A DNA stretch of 32,000 nucleotides from positions 540,001 to 572,000 of the forward strand of contig JAUWGH010000001.1 in NCBI GenBank assembly GCA_030606485.1. The letters run 5' to 3'. A program made the translations under genes and the position numbers. Below the pieces are notes generated by a model. The model was not told the origin of the DNA, did not search any database, and saw only the letters and a program-made list of their open reading frames with translations. Shown in pieces: positions 31,249 through 32,000 of this stretch. Position 1 is the first letter of the stretch. Every line of letters begins with the position of its first letter. Source of the DNA: Promethearchaeota archaeon (GTDB lineage Archaea; Asgardarchaeota; Lokiarchaeia; Sigyniarchaeales; SOKP01).

Positions 31249-31463
31249 ATTATCTCATATCATTTAATCCTTTAGTAATTTAATCATACCTTACAATATA
31301 ATATATAATGCAACTCATCTCTTATTAATCCAATTATAACTCTTAATTTTTTAGAATAAGAAATATCATATGGATACTAAAATATTTAAAACCTATGTCG
31401 TATTTTTTCAATATATTATACTTTTAAAAAAATTGAAAGAATTAAAACATACTTACATATCAA

Positions 31464-31895
31464 ATGTCTAAATCTTCTTGCTCGTTAAAGGATTGCAGAA
31501 TAATTGAGTTGCCTAAAATTTATGACGCTAGAGGAAATCTTACTTTCATAGAAAATAGTCGTCATATACCTTTCAATATAAAAAGAGTTTTTTATCTTTA
31601 TGATGTTCCTGGCGGTGAAACCAGAGGGGGGCATGCTCATTTAGATTTAGAGCAGTTCATAATCGCAGTCTCTGGCAGTTTCGATGTAATATTGGATGAT
31701 GGGTTTGAAAGAAAAGTCTTTAGTCTAAATAGATCGTATTACGGATTATACATTCCTTCCATGATATGGCGCGAATTGGAGAATTTTTCATCCGGATCCG
31801 TTTGTTTAGTCTTAACTTCAGATTTCTATAAAGAAGAAGATTATATTCTAAATTACGATTATTATAAGAAGATCGTAAGAGAATCTGATAAATAA
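31464..31895 (+). CDS. fdtA: FdtA/QdtA cupin sugar 3,4-ketoisomerase
   Basis: DARGNL, IKRVFYLY, RGGHAH, SGSF, GLYIPSMIWR, YILNYD. Confidence 0.9.
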   Translation: MSKSSCSLKDCRIIELPKIYDARGNLTFIENSRHIPFNIKRVFYLYDVPGGETRGGHAHLDLEQFIIAVSGSFDVILDDGFERKVFSLNRSYYGLYIPSMIWRELENFSSGSVCLVLTSDFYKEEDYILNYDYYKKIVRESDK

Positions 31896-32000
31896 ATGAT
31901 TTACATAATATCCTAATAGAATTAAATGAAGTTACTAATATCTCGACTGAGGATTTTTAATTCCTTTTTCTTAGCTATTCATAAATTTTTCCTATTCCTT

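Noticed and set aside
8391-31401. 10-mer CCTATGTCGT in two intergenic regions (8391-8400 minus, 31392-31401 plus)
   Set aside because: Only two copies, at different distances from start codons; compatible with chance.
1-32000. CRISPR arrays, tRNA/rRNA, insertion sequences
   Set aside because: No repeat-spacer periodicity, GC-rich structured segment, transposase motif or terminal inverted repeat seen by eye.

Overview
Very AT-rich window that is almost entirely a surface-glycan biosynthesis locus, apparently centred on nonulosonic acid (sialic/legionaminic-like) sugars. It holds a canonical NeuB-NeuC pair, two long copies and one relic of a divergent NeuB subfamily, an SpsF-type cytidylyltransferase plus a relic, a 4,6-dehydratase with a DegT aminotransferase, an N-acetyl-sugar amidotransferase, three HP-motif candidate CMP-sugar transferases, GT2/GT4/GT61 glycosyltransferases, several SAM methyltransferases, FdtA/FdtB-like genes and an ABC-2 pair. 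Low GC, frequent TTG starts, no obvious Shine-Dalgarno sites and gene style suggest an archaeon, possibly Lokiarchaeia/Asgard; this is inference only, as no marker gene is present. Reading across frames shows many lesions the ORF track hides: five near-full-length genes broken by one or two events, and at least four relics in apparent intergenic DNA, including a deletion joining a methyltransferase 5' half to a neuB 3' end. I saw no rRNA, tRNA, CRISPR array or transposase. All product calls come from motif recognition, not database searches.
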